Shown here: piece by piece, positions 11,101 to 26,100 of the stretch
Position numbering within the stretch: position 1 is the stretch's first letter
How the letters are laid out: each line of letters begins with the position of its first letter
Origin: Rhizaria sp. SCN 62-66
Taxonomy: Eukaryota
Direction of reading: 5' to 3'
DNA length: 64,000 nt
Assembly (NCBI GenBank): GCA_001724265.1
Contig: MEDY01000034.1
Coordinates: 1 to 64,000, forward strand
The notes under the pieces: generated by a model
Told to the model about the DNA's origin: nothing
Seen by the model: the letters and a program-made list of their open reading frames with translations, nothing else
The model's database searches: none
Position numbers and translations under genes: made by a program

Positions 11101-14100
11101 CGAGGGCGCGCCTTCGCAACAGTGTTGCTGCTGTGGAAGTTGGACAGCGCCTGCGCGGCTGCGGCGGAAGCAGCTGAGTTGCCGTGCGCAGCGTTCCCCG
11201 TGCTGTAGGAAGTCGCGGCACCGACGAGCAGATATGTCCAGCAGTGTGACGCACGAGCTCCGTGCGCGGCCACGGGCGGTACGGAAAGCGCGAGCGGGCG
11301 TGGCACCATAGCGCCCATCGGCGTCGTCAGCGAGTAGTACCGCAGCAGACGCGTGGCGGCCGCGCGCTGCGCGGCGAGGCTGTTGGCGCGGCGGTAGCTG
11401 CTGCTGTACGCAGCGCCGTGGGCCGTGGCGAGCGCGGGGCACGGACGGGCCGCGACGGGCTCGAACGCGGTGGTCGACGGCGACATGATCACGGTGGGCC
11501 GGAGCAGGTACGTGTGCGAGACGATGGATGCGACGCGGGCAGAACAGGCGTCGGGCATGCGCTTCGGGTGCGGCTTGGTGAAGAGGCAATGCGGGGTCTG
11601 GCCGAAGTTGTTGATCTGCGCGATGGTGGCGTCGCGCAGCACGGGGTCAAAGATGGAGTCGATGTCGACAGCGTCCTCGTACGTCAAATAATAGAACACG
11701 TTGAGCGCGTTCTCAGCCTCCTTGCCACGCTGCTTAGAGCCGAAGATGAGGTCGATCCACTCGTGCAGGTGCTCGGAGACGTAGGGCGACTCGAGCGCGC
11801 GCCGCATGATCGACACGAACTGCCAGGGGTCGTTGTTGGCCCACGGCGGGAGCTTGACATCGTCCGCGGGCGTCGCATCGCGCTGGTGGTTGCCGATGTC
11901 GAACCGGTTCGAGTTGAGGAACATCTCGGGCAAGTAGTAGAACTCGGGGATCAGCTCCTTGACGTCGGCCATGCCACCTGTGCGCGAGGCGGAGTCGTAG
12001 CAGGTCGACACGTCGCAGAACAGACGGTCCGCGTGGTCGAACTTGCCCGCCTGCAGCGCGATGTGCGCGCGCGTGTACGGCTCCATGCGGATCAGGAAGT
12101 ACGCCACCGTCGCCGCGGAGGAGTAGTGTGTGCCATAGTGGAAGCGGGGGACTGCACCGGACGGGTCATCCCACATCTCGAAGCGCTGCTTGAATTCTGC
12201 GGCGCGAGGCGGGTGAAGCGCGCCCATGGGCTTAGACAGATCGCGGTAGACGCGGGGGTCGTCGAGGTCGATCGTTGCGGATGTGTAATCGGCGAGAACC
12301 CAGGGGAACACGGGGTACTGAGTGATGTCGTTCATCGTACGGCCCGCCTGCGTGTTGAGGAACATAAGGTAGTCAAAGTTCGACATGTCGCCAGTCTGCC
12401 AAAGCTTACGAGCGCGAGCGATGGACTGCTTGTCCATGTCATCCGCCTCCGAGGGAGTCATCATCATCGGCAGCTGCAGCGTGGCACCGAAGGCGCCGCT
12501 CATCAGCGGACCGGACAGCGACGACGCGGCGGCAGGAAACAACGGCGCGACGTTGGTGAGCTTAGACACGACAACGTCCGCGGCATGCGCGTCTTCGTAC
12601 ATCGTACTCTCGACACGACGTACCGTCGCAATCGACGCCATGCGGTTAAACGCTTCGTTGCGCGCGGCGGGGGACTCGAACACAAGCATGATCGTCGCAC
12701 CGGCACTCGAAAAAACCTCAAGTGCAACCTGCTGCAGCTGGTAGCGACGGCGAAGCACGTCCACTATCTCAGTCCACGCCCACTTGGCGTACACACGCGC
12801 ACCGCGAGAGCCTTCATTGGCACCGGCATTCTGCGTCAGGATGGGGCCAGCGGCGTCGCCGGTCTTCATCGCAGTCGAGCTGCGGTACACGTTAAGCGAA
12901 GACGCAGGGTTGCGGCCGAGAACAGTCGAGTACGCCGACTCCTGGTCAATCAAGGACGCGGCGGCGCGCGCGGTAGCGCTGCGGCCAAAGGCGTGAGTTC
13001 CTGAGGCAGCACCACCGACAACCGTCGCCTCAGGCTGACCTGCAGCGGCGCCCGATGCAGCAAGGCGGGCACGCATCTCAGCGATGCCACCCGACCCAGG
13101 CTGGCTGCTGTTGGCGCTCGCGCGCGCCTGAGTGGCTGCGCTGGGACCAAGAGAGAAATCCTTAATAGCCTCGCTCAGCGTGCCGACGGGCAGCGTCGAC
13201 ATGATCGGGGAGTTGGCGACGCCATTGACGGTGCCGCCAAGGATGGACGCTGCAGACGGCAGCGCGCTTGTACCGCCACGACGGTCATTGTTGTTGCCCG
13301 AGCCACGAGCGCCACCGCTGTTGTTGCTGCCAGGGCGAACTGCCGCGTCGCGTTTGGCGACGTGGAGCACGGCCTCGACGTGCGCGGGCGTAGGCGGGAC
13401 GTCGGCGAGGTAGTGCGAACGGATCGTGTTCATGTACTGCGCGGAGTGAGTCTGCGTCAGCGCCTTCGACGACTCGGAAGTCGCGTCATACACAATGTCG
13501 CAGAAGCGGCGGCGGTGGGCAATGCGAGCGGAGAACAGCGGGCCGCCCTCACGCGCGCCCAAAGCACCGGAACCGTACGAGGTCGACAGCGTGTACATGC
13601 GCTGTCCGTCAGCACCATCGTTGATAGGTTCAAGCTTGAACCCTTCGACGACGTAGAGGAACTGCGGGGACAGCACCAGCACGACGTCGTTGCAGTCCAT
13701 GCCAAACACACGGCCAGCGGGGTACACGCCCTGCGGCAGTGGCGCGTCACCGGGTTCCAGTGTGCGCAGCAGCTCAGCGAAAGGCTCAGAGCGAGCACCG
13801 GCAAAGCCGCCGAGCTGCACATCGTTCTCATCCTCAACTTCCTCTTCATCGGACGAGTCCTCGCCAGGAGACACATCGGCATCGCTCTCGCTCCAGTCGT
13901 GCGCGGCGAACGACAGCGCGTCACGGTACACGCGGCGCTGCTCGGCCTCGATCACCGCAGCGCATGGCGCGGCCGCAGGCGCGGACTCAGCGGTCACGAG
14001 CACACGGCGGCCCGGGACGGGCGTCTGCGGGTGCGCGCCCGACTCTTGCGCGGCCTCTCTAGCGGCCGCGGCGTCGGCAGCAGCGGCGGTGATGACTTCG

Positions 14101-17100
14101 GGAATCGCGCAGTAATCGCGCAGCGCAGAGCCGCGCGGAGGCGCGGTAACTGCGCCAACACGGTAGCCGAGAATGGTGTTGGCGTTCCACACGCGCAGAG
14201 TGCGGTCGCGCGCCACAGCGACAAGCTGGCGGCCGCTGGGTGTCCATGTGACGTTCTGTACGTATGACGCATGCTCGCGCAGACCCTTGCGGCAATGACC
14301 GCGGCGCACCCACCAGAGGCGCACGGTGCGGTCACGAGACGCTGTGGCAAGCAGACGGCCGCAAGGCGAGAATGAGACGGAAGTGATTGCGAGAGTGTGA
14401 CCGCGCAGTGTGTGGATGCACGGAACGGTTATCAGCGGGCGCAGCGCGGCAACGGCAGCAGCGGACGAGGTAAGGCTGTCGACGACACTGGAGACCGGGT
14501 TAGAGTCGGACATACTGTTGTAGTCTGACGCGGCGGCGGACATGGTGTCAGCAGCATGCTTGATGTGATGAGTGCCGCTAGAAATACCCTTGACACGCCA
14601 AACACGAGCACACTTATCCTCAGAGCCAGTCACGATCCAGTGTCCACAAGAGCTCCAGTCGACCGTAGTGACGGCCTCATCGTGTCCGCTCAACACGGCA
14701 ACCAGCGTCGACCGCGCAGCGACAATGACGCCGCGTTGTGCAACAGCGCTGGCAGCGCATGCCGACGCTCTCAACGTAAGCGCAGACGTGGGAACAGCAG
14801 AGACGAGAAGAGACAGCGGCTCAGGGGCGCGCGTTGTCCTGGTGGAGTGTGTGGCTAGGGAGATGCGGTGGATGTACGCGTTGCGATCGCGCGTGCCGGA
14901 GAGCAGGTGAAGCGCGGGGATTTCGCCACGCAGCAGTGAGGCGGTGACACTCTCATCATGCTTGCTCTGAGAGGCGGTGCTCGTGGCGGGCATCTTCGCA
15001 CCGCCAGCAGGCTTGTTCGCCGTAGTCGCAGTGCCACAAAGGTTAAACTCCTGCGCAATATCGGCCAAATACGCGCGCGGTAACGGCGCCCACTTGAGGC
15101 ACGTGGTCAGAGCCTGCATGCCGCGGATAGCGACGACCGGCTCGAACACGGGCTCGGGCACCCACGCCACGGACTCCACAGTCGCGGAGGCGTCAGAAGT
15201 CGCCGATGCGGAGTTACGGCGGCCCGACACGCTGCTGAGCATCGTCGCCGCGCTGAGCGTAGGGGACAGCTCAGTCGGGGGCGCGTCAGCAGGCACCGCG
15301 CTGCCACGGGCGCTGCCGGGGTTGCGCAGACGCAGGCGCTGCGCGGCGACGTGCGCGGCCGCAGCGCTGGTGGCGTCCGCGATGGAGCGGCGCAGCGGCA
15401 GCGTGGCCATGGCGCCATTGTGGATCACGCGTGCCGAAGCAGACGACGGCCGCGACAAGACGCGGCGGCCGGGGCCGGTGAGGCCAGCGGCAGCGTCGGC
15501 GGTGAGGCCCATGTCGCCAGATACCGGCATGGTCTCGAAGCGGTTGCTCGTGCGCGCGCTTCCAAGGCGCGAGCCTTGGCGCGAGGCTAGGCCAGAGCGC
15601 GGGGGCTGTGTCGGCGTGGCGCCGCCCATGGGCGCGTCGTCGCTCTGCTGGGGCAGCGTGTCAGGCAGACCGGAGAGCGCGGGCGTGATCATCGGGGACG
15701 CACCGCGCGAAGAGCCAGAGGCGCCGGGCTGTAACGAACCGTGGTCAAGAAGGGACGCCGTCGAAAACAGATTGGTACCGTCAGCGGCGGATGAGATCAC
15801 ATCTGCACCAGCAGCGGCCGCTGCAGCAGTCATCGGGTCAATAGGGAGTGATTCGAGTTCGTGCACGGCCTCAGCGGTGATCGTGGTGCCAACGCGCATC
15901 AGCGGCGAAGGCATGGAAGCGTACTTAGGACCAGGGGACGCAGACGGAGCGTTGGCAGGAGCGACGGATGCACCGTAGTGCTCATGAGTAAGCGACGCAC
16001 CACCAGAGAATGGCGAAAGCGGCATCGCGCTGGACGCCGGCGTGAGGCGTGGCGTGAATGCATCTTGAGGGCCGGGAAGAGTGGGCAGCGATTCGAGGGT
16101 GAACGGGGTGGCGCTTGTGGTAATGCCACTGGTCGACACTGAGTGGGCGTTAGAGCGAGACTGCGAGTCCTCCCGATTGCAGTCGGAGTTGAGACCCTGA
16201 CCGTTTTCGTCGTCGCACATGTCAACGCTGTTCGTTGCAAGGGTGACATTAAAGGCCTTGGTTGCAGCCGCAGTGAAGCGCTCGTAGTCGTCGATCATCC
16301 GCGGCACATCCCAGATGTAGATCGCCTTGTCCTGACCCGTAGTCGCAAGGCAACGACCATCGGGTGACCATGCGACCGAAGACGCGCCCGCATTGCCGTG
16401 TGGCGGCTCGAACGAAAGCACCACGAGCGGGGTCGTTTCGTCGTTCTCACTGTCACCAAGCGAGGTGTCACCGGCGCCGGCACCGGTGGAGATGTTCGCG
16501 ACGTCGTCGGAGCCCGCCGCCGTTGGGGCGACGCTGTCGGATGTGCTCATGCGCGCCAGTGGCGGGCGACTGCGAAGCATCGGGGACAGTTCAGCGGGGT
16601 TGACGCCGTCACTGACCCCCGTACTATTACCACTGGCAGTGCTGCGAGCTGCGCCAGTGAGCATTGCGAAAGCCGGGATACGGAACACAGTGACGCGCGC
16701 CGCGGTCGTAGACGCGACAAGGTATGTGCCACACGGGGACCAGGCCAGACTGCACACAGACGCAGCCGACTCGCGGTCGAGGTCAACGGGGCGAGCGGCT
16801 GCAGCAGCAGCAGCGGCTGCGGAGGCACGTGCCTTGTTCTGGACACTGTGAGTGATCGTAGTATGCATCGGCGAAGCGTCTGAAAGTCTGACTCGGGTGC
16901 TCTCAGACTCAGCGGCGGAGCCTCCATTGTTCGAGGCTGGAGCAGTGGTAGCAGCAGCAGCGATACCCATTGCCGTCTCGACGCGAGCAGCATCTTGGCA
17001 CGCGTCGGTGTAGTCGGTGAGCAGAGTGAGGAACGGCAAGGGGTCAATCTCACGGATCACCTCGCAGGTAGTCACAGACCAGAGACGAATCGTCAGCTGT

Positions 17101-20100
17101 CCAGGACCAGCGGTGGCGAGCATCTGACCGCACGGCGACGCAGACACCACGTCGGCCTGACACGAGTGTACAGCGCGCGTGGCAGTCACCTGAGCGGGTG
17201 AAGGGAGCGCAAGCAGGTGGCGCAGACTCGGCGGCAGCGACGACAGAGCAGGGGTCGAGATACTCGAAGCAAGAGGTGCAGCAGAAGCAGTGGAGCTCCC
17301 ACTGGCTTTCGACTCGAGCATGCGCGGGCCACCAGCGAAGCCGACCATTGGCTTGTTAGAGCCCACAGAAGGACTCTCACCGCCGCTGCTGTCCGAGTTG
17401 GCGCGAGCAAGAGCACTCTCACTCTCGTCAGCAATAGCGCGAGCCTGGATCAACGCGGTACCGTCCGAAAAGACCTTGCCTGATGCCTGAGCCTTCAGGT
17501 GCAGCTTGAGCAGCGGCGCAAGCGCGAACCGCAACAACGACACATAGTCGATGTCGTAGGCGTTATAGAAGTTAGGCATCGTCGAAAGACGCATACGTTG
17601 GCGCAGAGGACCCTCAGCAGAGTCGAGCGCATAGCGCGGCTCCGGGAGTCCACAACGTGCGAACGCCAGACGCTTAATCATCTGCTCGGACGCGTGCATC
17701 GGGCTCTCGCTAAACAGCGTCTGCGCAGCACCGACATACGCGGCCTCGCAACGCTTGGCACGATAGTTCAAGAACCGCTTGTGGTGACGACGGAGCTCGC
17801 GCGCCCACACTTGCAGCGGCAGTGCGGCGCGGACGCAGTGAGGGAACAACGCCTCGCGGGCCAACTTTGCCACAGTCTCGCGCTGGTGCAGAACCTCGCG
17901 GACAGAAGCGATGTGGCGAGAGATAGCACCGGGTGGCATCGTGGGAATGCGTTGGTGCTTCTCAGACAAACGCGACGTCAGCGCTGTGTGCACTGCCATG
18001 GCCATCTCGTCACGCGAAATCCACTCATGGTACGAACCGAACGCGCCCATGGACATGAAGGAGCGCGGGGCGAGTGCAAGGATCGTCTCGATGTTATCTT
18101 CGGGGGGCGGGGGCAGCGCAGAGCCTGAGCTGAGAACGCGCTCGAGCCCGGGCGGCGTGATCTGACCACTGCTGGGGTTGCCACCGGCGGCGACTGATGA
18201 CGCAGAGGGACGCAGGCCAGTGTTCGCGGAAGGCACGATTGCGTTTAGCACAGCCGGGATGGCAACAGGGCCCGCAGCAGTGGGGACTGTGAGAAGCTCG
18301 AAGCCGACCTTGAGCGTAATGTTTGTCTTAAGGTCAAGGACAGAGCGCACAAGACTTGACTGCTGCTCCAGCAGAGCGCGCCATGCGTGCAGAGCGAAGA
18401 TCGATAGCTCGAGTGTCGAGACATTGGAGATGTACGAAACGCGCAGAGGTGCAGCACCGGAAGTCATGGGGCCAAGAAGACCAGCCAGTGACCACGGCAC
18501 CGGCGCCAAACGCGCAGCTGCAGCCGCAGCATTCGATGGAGCCGCAGCAACCTCGCCTACGGTGCTCGAAGCACTGGTTGAGCCGTTCGTAGCGGCAGTT
18601 GTCGAGATGGACGCCGTAGCCGACATCCTGATCGGGCCGTGGGAGAGAAGAGACGGCAGCGACGACGGCTCCGCAGTATCAGCACCAAGACTAAATGACG
18701 TGCCGTTGTACGACGTTGCGAGGTTGGACAGCGATGGCGACGGCGGTGTCGAGCCAAACGCGCTAATGGACGACCGACGCGACGAGGTCGAACCTGAGTC
18801 GTCGTTGCTGCTGTCCCGGCCTCCAGTGACGGATCTACGAGTTGCATCGCGGTACTTACGCACGTAGTCCTTGATCTTGAGCCAGTAACGCCAGTACGTC
18901 GACGAACGAGCGTAGAAAACCTCGGACACGAGCTGCGTGGGCAGCAGGTACAGGCGCAGATGATAGCACAGCGTGACGAGCGTCGTCTTGTTCAGGTACG
19001 TGTTGGTCTTGGATGATAGCAGCAAAGCGCTGTGAATCGCAAGCGCCTTAAGGATGGCCAGCAAGGCGGAAAGATCGCGGTTGTGCGACTCGAACACGAA
19101 GAAAAACAACCGGAACAGGCAACGCTGCAGGTTGGGGAGACTAGTCAGCGCAGACACAAACGCGCGGCGCAGCTTGGGACCCTGGAACACAGCTGCGGCG
19201 TGAAGAGCGACGTCGAGGTTTGAGCCGGAGACAAGGACCTTGGCGGTGATCTGCTCGTCGGGCACGATGCGGTCCGGCGGCAGCTGCGGCGCCTCAGGAG
19301 CCTGGAGCATGGCAGCGCGAGCGCGGAGACGGGCTTGGGCCTCGGCCATGACAAGCGGGGAGGTGGGGTCGACAAATGGACTCAGCGGGCACAGCTCGCC
19401 CTCAGTGCCAGACGCGGAGGGCACGGAGAGGCGGAGCGAGTTAATGAAGAACTCGATGAGCTTAGCCAGCGGCAGTGCGGGGGAGAGCGTATCCGTCACA
19501 AGCAGCGCACCGGCCTCGCAGCGATCAAGGATGACCTCAACAAGCGGCAGGAAGTTGGGCACACCGACGCGCATGAACACACTCGCGTCGGCAGCAGCGA
19601 TGGCGGCAACGGGGTCAGTCGAGTTCGACGTAGCGCCGTGGGGCACGATGTTGGTGTACAGGAACGCGTTGATACGGTCGATAACGGTAGAGATCACGCG
19701 CGCATGCACAGCACTAACTTGAAGCTGATCCGCCACGAGCGGGATGCTCATATTGGTCACGGTAGAAGCGACAGACACAGTGAGAGCTGAGTCGAAGATC
19801 TTGACAATATTGTCCTTGGCGAGGGTGGCATCAATAACGCGCGTTGCGTCTGTCTCAATCACGTAACGAGGCAGGAGCGCGACTGTAGTCGTCGTCGTCG
19901 CCGCGGTAGTGCGCAGGTTCACACGCGTGGTCACTGTGACTTGCTCAGCGCGGCGCATGTTGAGCGAACGCAGCACGAGCGAGGATAAGAAGTCGATGAT
20001 AATGTGCGTCGAGCGGCGGCAGTGCTGCAGAAGAACATCACGAGTCGCTTCAGAGACCTTGCCCAGGAAAGTGCGGCCGTTAAGCGCGCTGCGGGCGTTA

Positions 20101-23100
20101 GCACTTGTTGTAGTGTCAGCGCCAGGAGTAGGGACACCGCCATTCTCGGGCGGGGCGTATTGAGCGCGCCATGCCGACGTGCCTGCGGTCGAGAGCAAGC
20201 TCTCATCCGCGTTGCACCACGACTGAATCGTCATCAACAGCTGTGTGAGCGTATCGATGTGGAACGCACCTCCACCAGCACCAGCCAAGAAGATCTCCTT
20301 CTGGAAATGCGGGTCCGTGTCGAGCAAGTACTGCATCGTCATCAGCGTGTGATCAAGTACACGAGCGTGGCACGCGATACCATGGACCAACGCCTGCGTT
20401 GAGAGCAGACTGTGCAACACGCAGGTGTTAGGCAGCTCCTTGATGTCCGACTCAACCGCACCAGCCGCAGCTGGCACCGAGGGCGCATCGGCTCCAGTGC
20501 GCAGGGTCGCAGCGTGATATGCGACGGAGCTTACACTGCGGACGTGCATGGGTCCTGCGTTAGCGCTCGTCATCGAGGCAGCGCCGGCCCCGCCGCGGAC
20601 AAAGCGGGGGCGGATGCCGACCTGGAAGAGCTTGCTCTCACTCGCGCCGGAAGGCAGAGACGAGGGCAACGCTCCCGTGGAGCCGATAGGCTCAAACGCG
20701 GGCGAGTCCGACTGCTGCTGCTGCTGTTGTTGCTGTGTCTGCAGGGACTGAAGGTTCGACGACGAGCTGGACAAGTCGCCCGAGAGCTGCTGTCCACCAT
20801 TGATGTTGTTGATGTGAGCACTAACTGTAGAAGGCGAGGCGCTGGCGACGATGTCGTCAGCCTTCGCCTGGAGGTCCTTAGCCCAGCCCAGAAGACCGGT
20901 AAGCAGCAGTGTAAGTATGTGGCCCTGGTGTGGACGCTCGGCTGAGAATGCAGCGCTCGCCGCCGCGAGCCCAGGCGACTGAAGCGTCAGCGTGCTGGGA
21001 ATCTGGACAAAGCGTGACGCCTTAAGAGCGTGCTCGCACAGCGCGTCGAGAGACGTTGCGGGTGCAATAGAGCCTTGCATGAGCTCGCGCGGAAGCGGTG
21101 CGGAAGTCAACGCGTGCAGTAGAACAGCGTATGTGACCCATGAGGGGCGGGACGAAGGGAACAGTGCGGCGAGCACAGTCCAGCCAGTCGTGGAGGCAAC
21201 GGATGACAACAGTTGTTGCGCCGCAGTCGACGCAACAATCGCGCCACCGTGGCCACCAGCGCGTGCGCCGCTCTGAAGAGCAGACTGCGCGGCGGCGATA
21301 ACCTGTAGCTGAGCCGTGCACATCGTTGCAGCGGCGGATGCTGTGCTGACGCCAGCGCTCGAGGTGGACACGTTCGTCGCGGCATCGCCGGTCGTTGTCG
21401 CTGTAGCAGCGGCGATGCCATCCGCGTTCGTCGCACCTTGTGCCGCAGCGGCGGGGCCAGAACTGAGCTCAGCGGCCGCAGCAGACGAGATGTTGACGAG
21501 GGAGGGCTGCTCAATCACAGGCCATGACACGATGTTACTTGGAACGAACTGAATGGGTGCGGACATAAGGTCACGGTACACAGGCGCACCTGCAACGAGC
21601 AGCGACCAGAGCTTGATCGCATGTGCTTGTACTGTAGGGTGAACGTCAGGCCACAAGAACAGCGTCAAAAATCGCGGAGACATCGCCTCAATCAGCAGAG
21701 GCAGTGCGGTCGGCAGGTAGCGGGCCGCGCGGTGCGCAGGCGAAGATGATTGCGAGCCTGCTGCGTTGCCGTAAGCACCAACGCCCGCGGCAGCAGCGGC
21801 GGCGGGCTGCAGCGCGGCGACAGCAGATGGCGTGAGAGGGAGCTGCGAGAGTGTGACAGGCTGAGGTTCGGCGTGCAGCACGTACAGCCCCGAGGCCGAC
21901 GGCGCGGTGCGGATGGCGCGGTCCGTGATCGCGAGCAGCACGTCGAACAGAGACAGCAGCACCAGTGTGTCCACGGCGAGGTCGGCGTTCTGCACGCCCG
22001 CGGAGCCCGCAGTAACAGGAGAGGAGAGCGTCGCAGTTGCGGAGGGGCGGCGCGCCGGCGTTGCGGGTGGCGCGGACGAGCCTGACTGCTCGCCGGAGCC
22101 GCGCGCCGCCGCAGAGGGTGTCGCAGCGGCGATGCTCAAAGTGTTCGGAATCGTGGCGCGCGGGGTGCGTGCAGGCAGCGGCGGGGCAGTGACAGAGCCC
22201 GAGTTGGCTTGAGGCATGCGCGGGGGCAGTCCCATCATTGGCGGACGGGCCGGAGTCGCGGTCATGCTGGGCAATGGGAGGGGGACAGCCGCGGAGGCAT
22301 TACCAGTCATAGTGTGAAGAACGTTGGCAAGCGCTGCAATTGAAGTGTTCATCGTGGTATCCGCGTCACCAAGCGTTGCGACAGAGTCGACGATGGCGGA
22401 GTAACCGCCAGAGGCAGCGTCACTCTCACTAAACACGTGTGCGCGAGTGAAGAATGATCCATCTTCCTCGATGACAACCTCAACACCCTTGCTCGCGAGA
22501 TTCCAGCGGTGCACAGCGGTGAGATACTCGTTGGAAAGCTTCTGGTACACCATACCGTCATCGCCATGAGGGGAACGAACAAGCGCACCAGAGCCAACCC
22601 AGTTGAAGTCGCGCGCGGCGCGACCGTGGCGGTGGCCCGCAGCATTGGGCGCGAGGAGCAGGTTGTTCACGTCACCACCGTGCTGCCCCGATGCCGATGT
22701 CGAAGTATTGAGCGTGGTGAGAGTGCGCTGGCTGCGAGACATGGTTGCGTTGGCGTTGCGCAGCGAGGTAGGCCCCGAATGCTGTGGGCTCGCCGTCGGA
22801 ACACCCCCGGCAGATGTGGACACTGTGAGCGCCGGCGGGATGATACCACGGATCGTGCCGGTACTAGCATTCGCCTTGACAAGCACCGAGTCGCTGCGGT
22901 TAAGAGTGCTCATCGCGTTCTGAGTGGACGCAGCCTGAACAGAAGAGAGCGAATTCTGCAGCTGCGACGCCCCAGCGGGGTTGGTCGCTGAAGACTTAAT
23001 GCTCTTCTCTAAGTGCTGCCCAATCGCAGTCCAGCGTGAGTGACTCATCGACGTGCACAGCTCTTTGTTGACATGAGCAAGCCTCTCGCCGTCCCGGTCA

Positions 23101-26100
23101 GCAAGCCGCGCGTGGCGGCTGACACCGAGACCGCCGGCGAGCATCGACACCATCCAGTGCAAGTCGGACACGAGGGTGTGGTCGTGGGTGAGCTCGCTGA
23201 CGAGCGCCGTCAGCGCGGGCAACAAAGACAGAGCAAGGCGCGAGCCGCTACTGCCGGGGATGCCGGTGGCGCCGGCACGAGGCGGGGCGCCAGTAGCGGC
23301 ATGTGCGCGGTGCGCGGCAGCCGCGTGCACGTCAGCGTGAATCGCAGAGCTGGAGACTGCGAGTGACCCGCTCTGGAGCTGCAGCAGAAGGTACGTCACG
23401 AACGAAGGGAGAGCGCAATCGTGACGCAGGCGCCAGGCGTTCCAGCCACGGCGCAGGTGCGCGGCACCACTGTTGTAAAGCCGGGCCTCGGTCTCGTGCA
23501 TGTACTTCTGCCTCTGCGCCTGAGTGGGCGCAGGCTTGCCTTCCTGCTTCGCACCGAAAATACCTGTCGATGTGGCCTGCTGCGAGGACATGTGGCTCAG
23601 TTCAAGCGCCTCGAACGGGGTCAGCGCCATCGTGCAGCCGAGCTGAGCAGCAGCACCGGACAGACTTGTGGTCGTCGCACCCACACCCGGCGAGTAGGCC
23701 GAGGTCATGTTGCCACCCAGCGAGAGGAACGAGAAAAGACCCTTGGTGGTGGATAACGAGTTGTTCGTCGCTGTTGCCGCAGCACCAGTGCCCATCGTAG
23801 CCGCAACGAGCAAGTCGGTGCGCTCGCCGCCATTGAGCAGCAACTGCAGAGCACTGACCTGCGCATAGCCGGTCATGCTACCGCCGGCGGCGTATCCAGA
23901 AGTACCCGCCGCGCCAGCTGCACTGCTCGCAGCGACTGAAGCAGTTGCGACGGAGACAGGCGATGCGACACCAGCCGTGCTGAGAGTGTGTCCCGAGGCC
24001 TGGTTGCCAGTCTTTGGTGCAACATTGATCGGCAGCATCGTCGTCGACGCGTCGGTTACGCCTGAAAGAGCAAGTGAGGCCGTCACAGCATCGCCAATTG
24101 ACGGGCCGGAGCGTACCCAAGTGAGGAGCTGCGAAACAACGAGCTGCAGCAGCGAGAAGCCGCACGACACAGTGCTGCGCGGGCTCGCCGGCGTGTTCGC
24201 CGCGAGTGCCGGGGCAGAAGCAGCAGAAGGGGTCGCAGCGGTCTTGCCAGGAGTCTTGCTGGGCACCGTCGCAGATACGTTCTCGCCGATAGTGTCCAGC
24301 GGTGCACGCTGACTGATCGAGCGGAACGTGCCCGCGCTGGCATCAGTCGGCGAGGTTGCGGTGGACGTCGCCGGCTTGGCCGTGACGACCGCAGGGGCGT
24401 AGAGAAGAGGGTTCAAAACCAGCGCAGCGCAGGCAAGCGAGTTAGACACGATGTGATCGCGGCTCACAGCACGAACAGCCTCCGCGTCAGAGGAAGCGGT
24501 CGGGACGTGGCCAGCGAAAGCACGGCGCGGGACCCAGGCGCCAGAAGTGATCTCTTCGTCATTCTGCCTGCGGGAGATGCCAGGCACGACGAAACCTGTG
24601 ACGGAGCGAGTTGGAAGACCGATGCTGCGCGGAAGTGAAAGAACAGCAACAGAGCCCATCTGGTAGCGGTAGTACCAGTGGAAGAAACGCTCAGAGACAA
24701 CGGCAAGCGAAGGCGCGCAGTCGCGCATGAAACCAGGGTGGCGTCCTTCAACGATGGCGAAAAGCGAAAGCATCGCACGCGGGGTGAGCAAGTGACGCTT
24801 CGAAACGAGTGCGTGTGCCCAGGCGTCGTAATGATCGGCCATCGCGGCAAGATTGCGCTGGGAGTTGTAGAGCACCCAACCCATGAGTGCGAGCGCCTGC
24901 TGGAGCTCGTTCTGCGTGGTCGCGTCGGTGATCGAAGTCAGCAGAACGGCAGGGCCGCCAATAACCTCAAGGGAGTCCGCAACAGAGCGGGGCTGCACGG
25001 GACGCGCGCCACCAAGAAGCGTCGCGAAGGGGAAAGAGAATGGGAGCTGCGCAGCGGGTGTGTGCGCGAGAGACGTGTTGCCCATGTGACTGGGCAGGAC
25101 CGTGCCGTGCCCGGCGTTAAGGTTCAGCGCGGAGTTGACGTCTGCGACGACAGGGCCAAACACGGCAAGGTCGTGCTCGGTAAGCATGTGGCGCGTCAGT
25201 GCCATCGTCTCCGTCTGCGCGGCACTGATACCGTCCTCAGTGCCAAAGCCAGTGTCGCTAGAGTCGCGCAGCAACATCCAGTCACGATAGTAGCTGCTGA
25301 CGAGCCCACCACTGGATGTGGACGTGAACAGACGCGACGCAGCCCAGCGCGCCTGGCGCAGGTCGTGCGCAGCGGCGGCCGCGGCGGCAGCGGCGCTGGT
25401 GGTCGCACCCGATGAGGAGCGTCTACGGCTCAGTCCGGGGGAGCCAGCTCCATCATTGATACTGCCGTTGCTCTCGGCGCGAGTGGGGCGCGTGCGGTCG
25501 CACATGCATGTCAGCCACGCGTCACGACTATTATCGCAGTTGCAAGTGCGCACAGTCGCATCGAGACGACGTAGCGGAACGCCGTCAGAGGACGCACCGA
25601 CAATCGGCTGACGCAGCAGCAGGTCGTCTGGCGAGAAGCGCGGGCCGTCAGTCGCGGCGGGGGTTGTAGCCGTCGTAGTGCAGTTTCCAGGACGCTGCGG
25701 GCGCAGGACGCCATCACACGGGATAGGCCCAACACTGAGACGGTCATGAATCGGGTCCTTCGTAGTACCCGGGAACGAAGTCTCGCCGTCGACGTCTTCA
25801 GTGAAAAGGAACTGTGAGGTTGTAGGCGCCGGGGTGTTAGAACTACCGTCTGAGTACTCAAGCGGGATATCGCACCCGCCGTCGAGCGCGATGCCACGAT
25901 CGAGGTATGCGTCAAAGTCAAAGAAGTTTGTGCGCGGGGGCTCGCCAGAAGACTCTACGTGTTGACCATCGAACGGCAGCACATCAACCACGCCGGTCTC
26001 AGAATGGCCGATGGAGAACTTAAAAGCGTGTGAGGGCACCATAGCCCACACAATCGAGTCCTGGTTCACAGAGAATCCGTGCGCGGTCTCCTGTGCGTAG

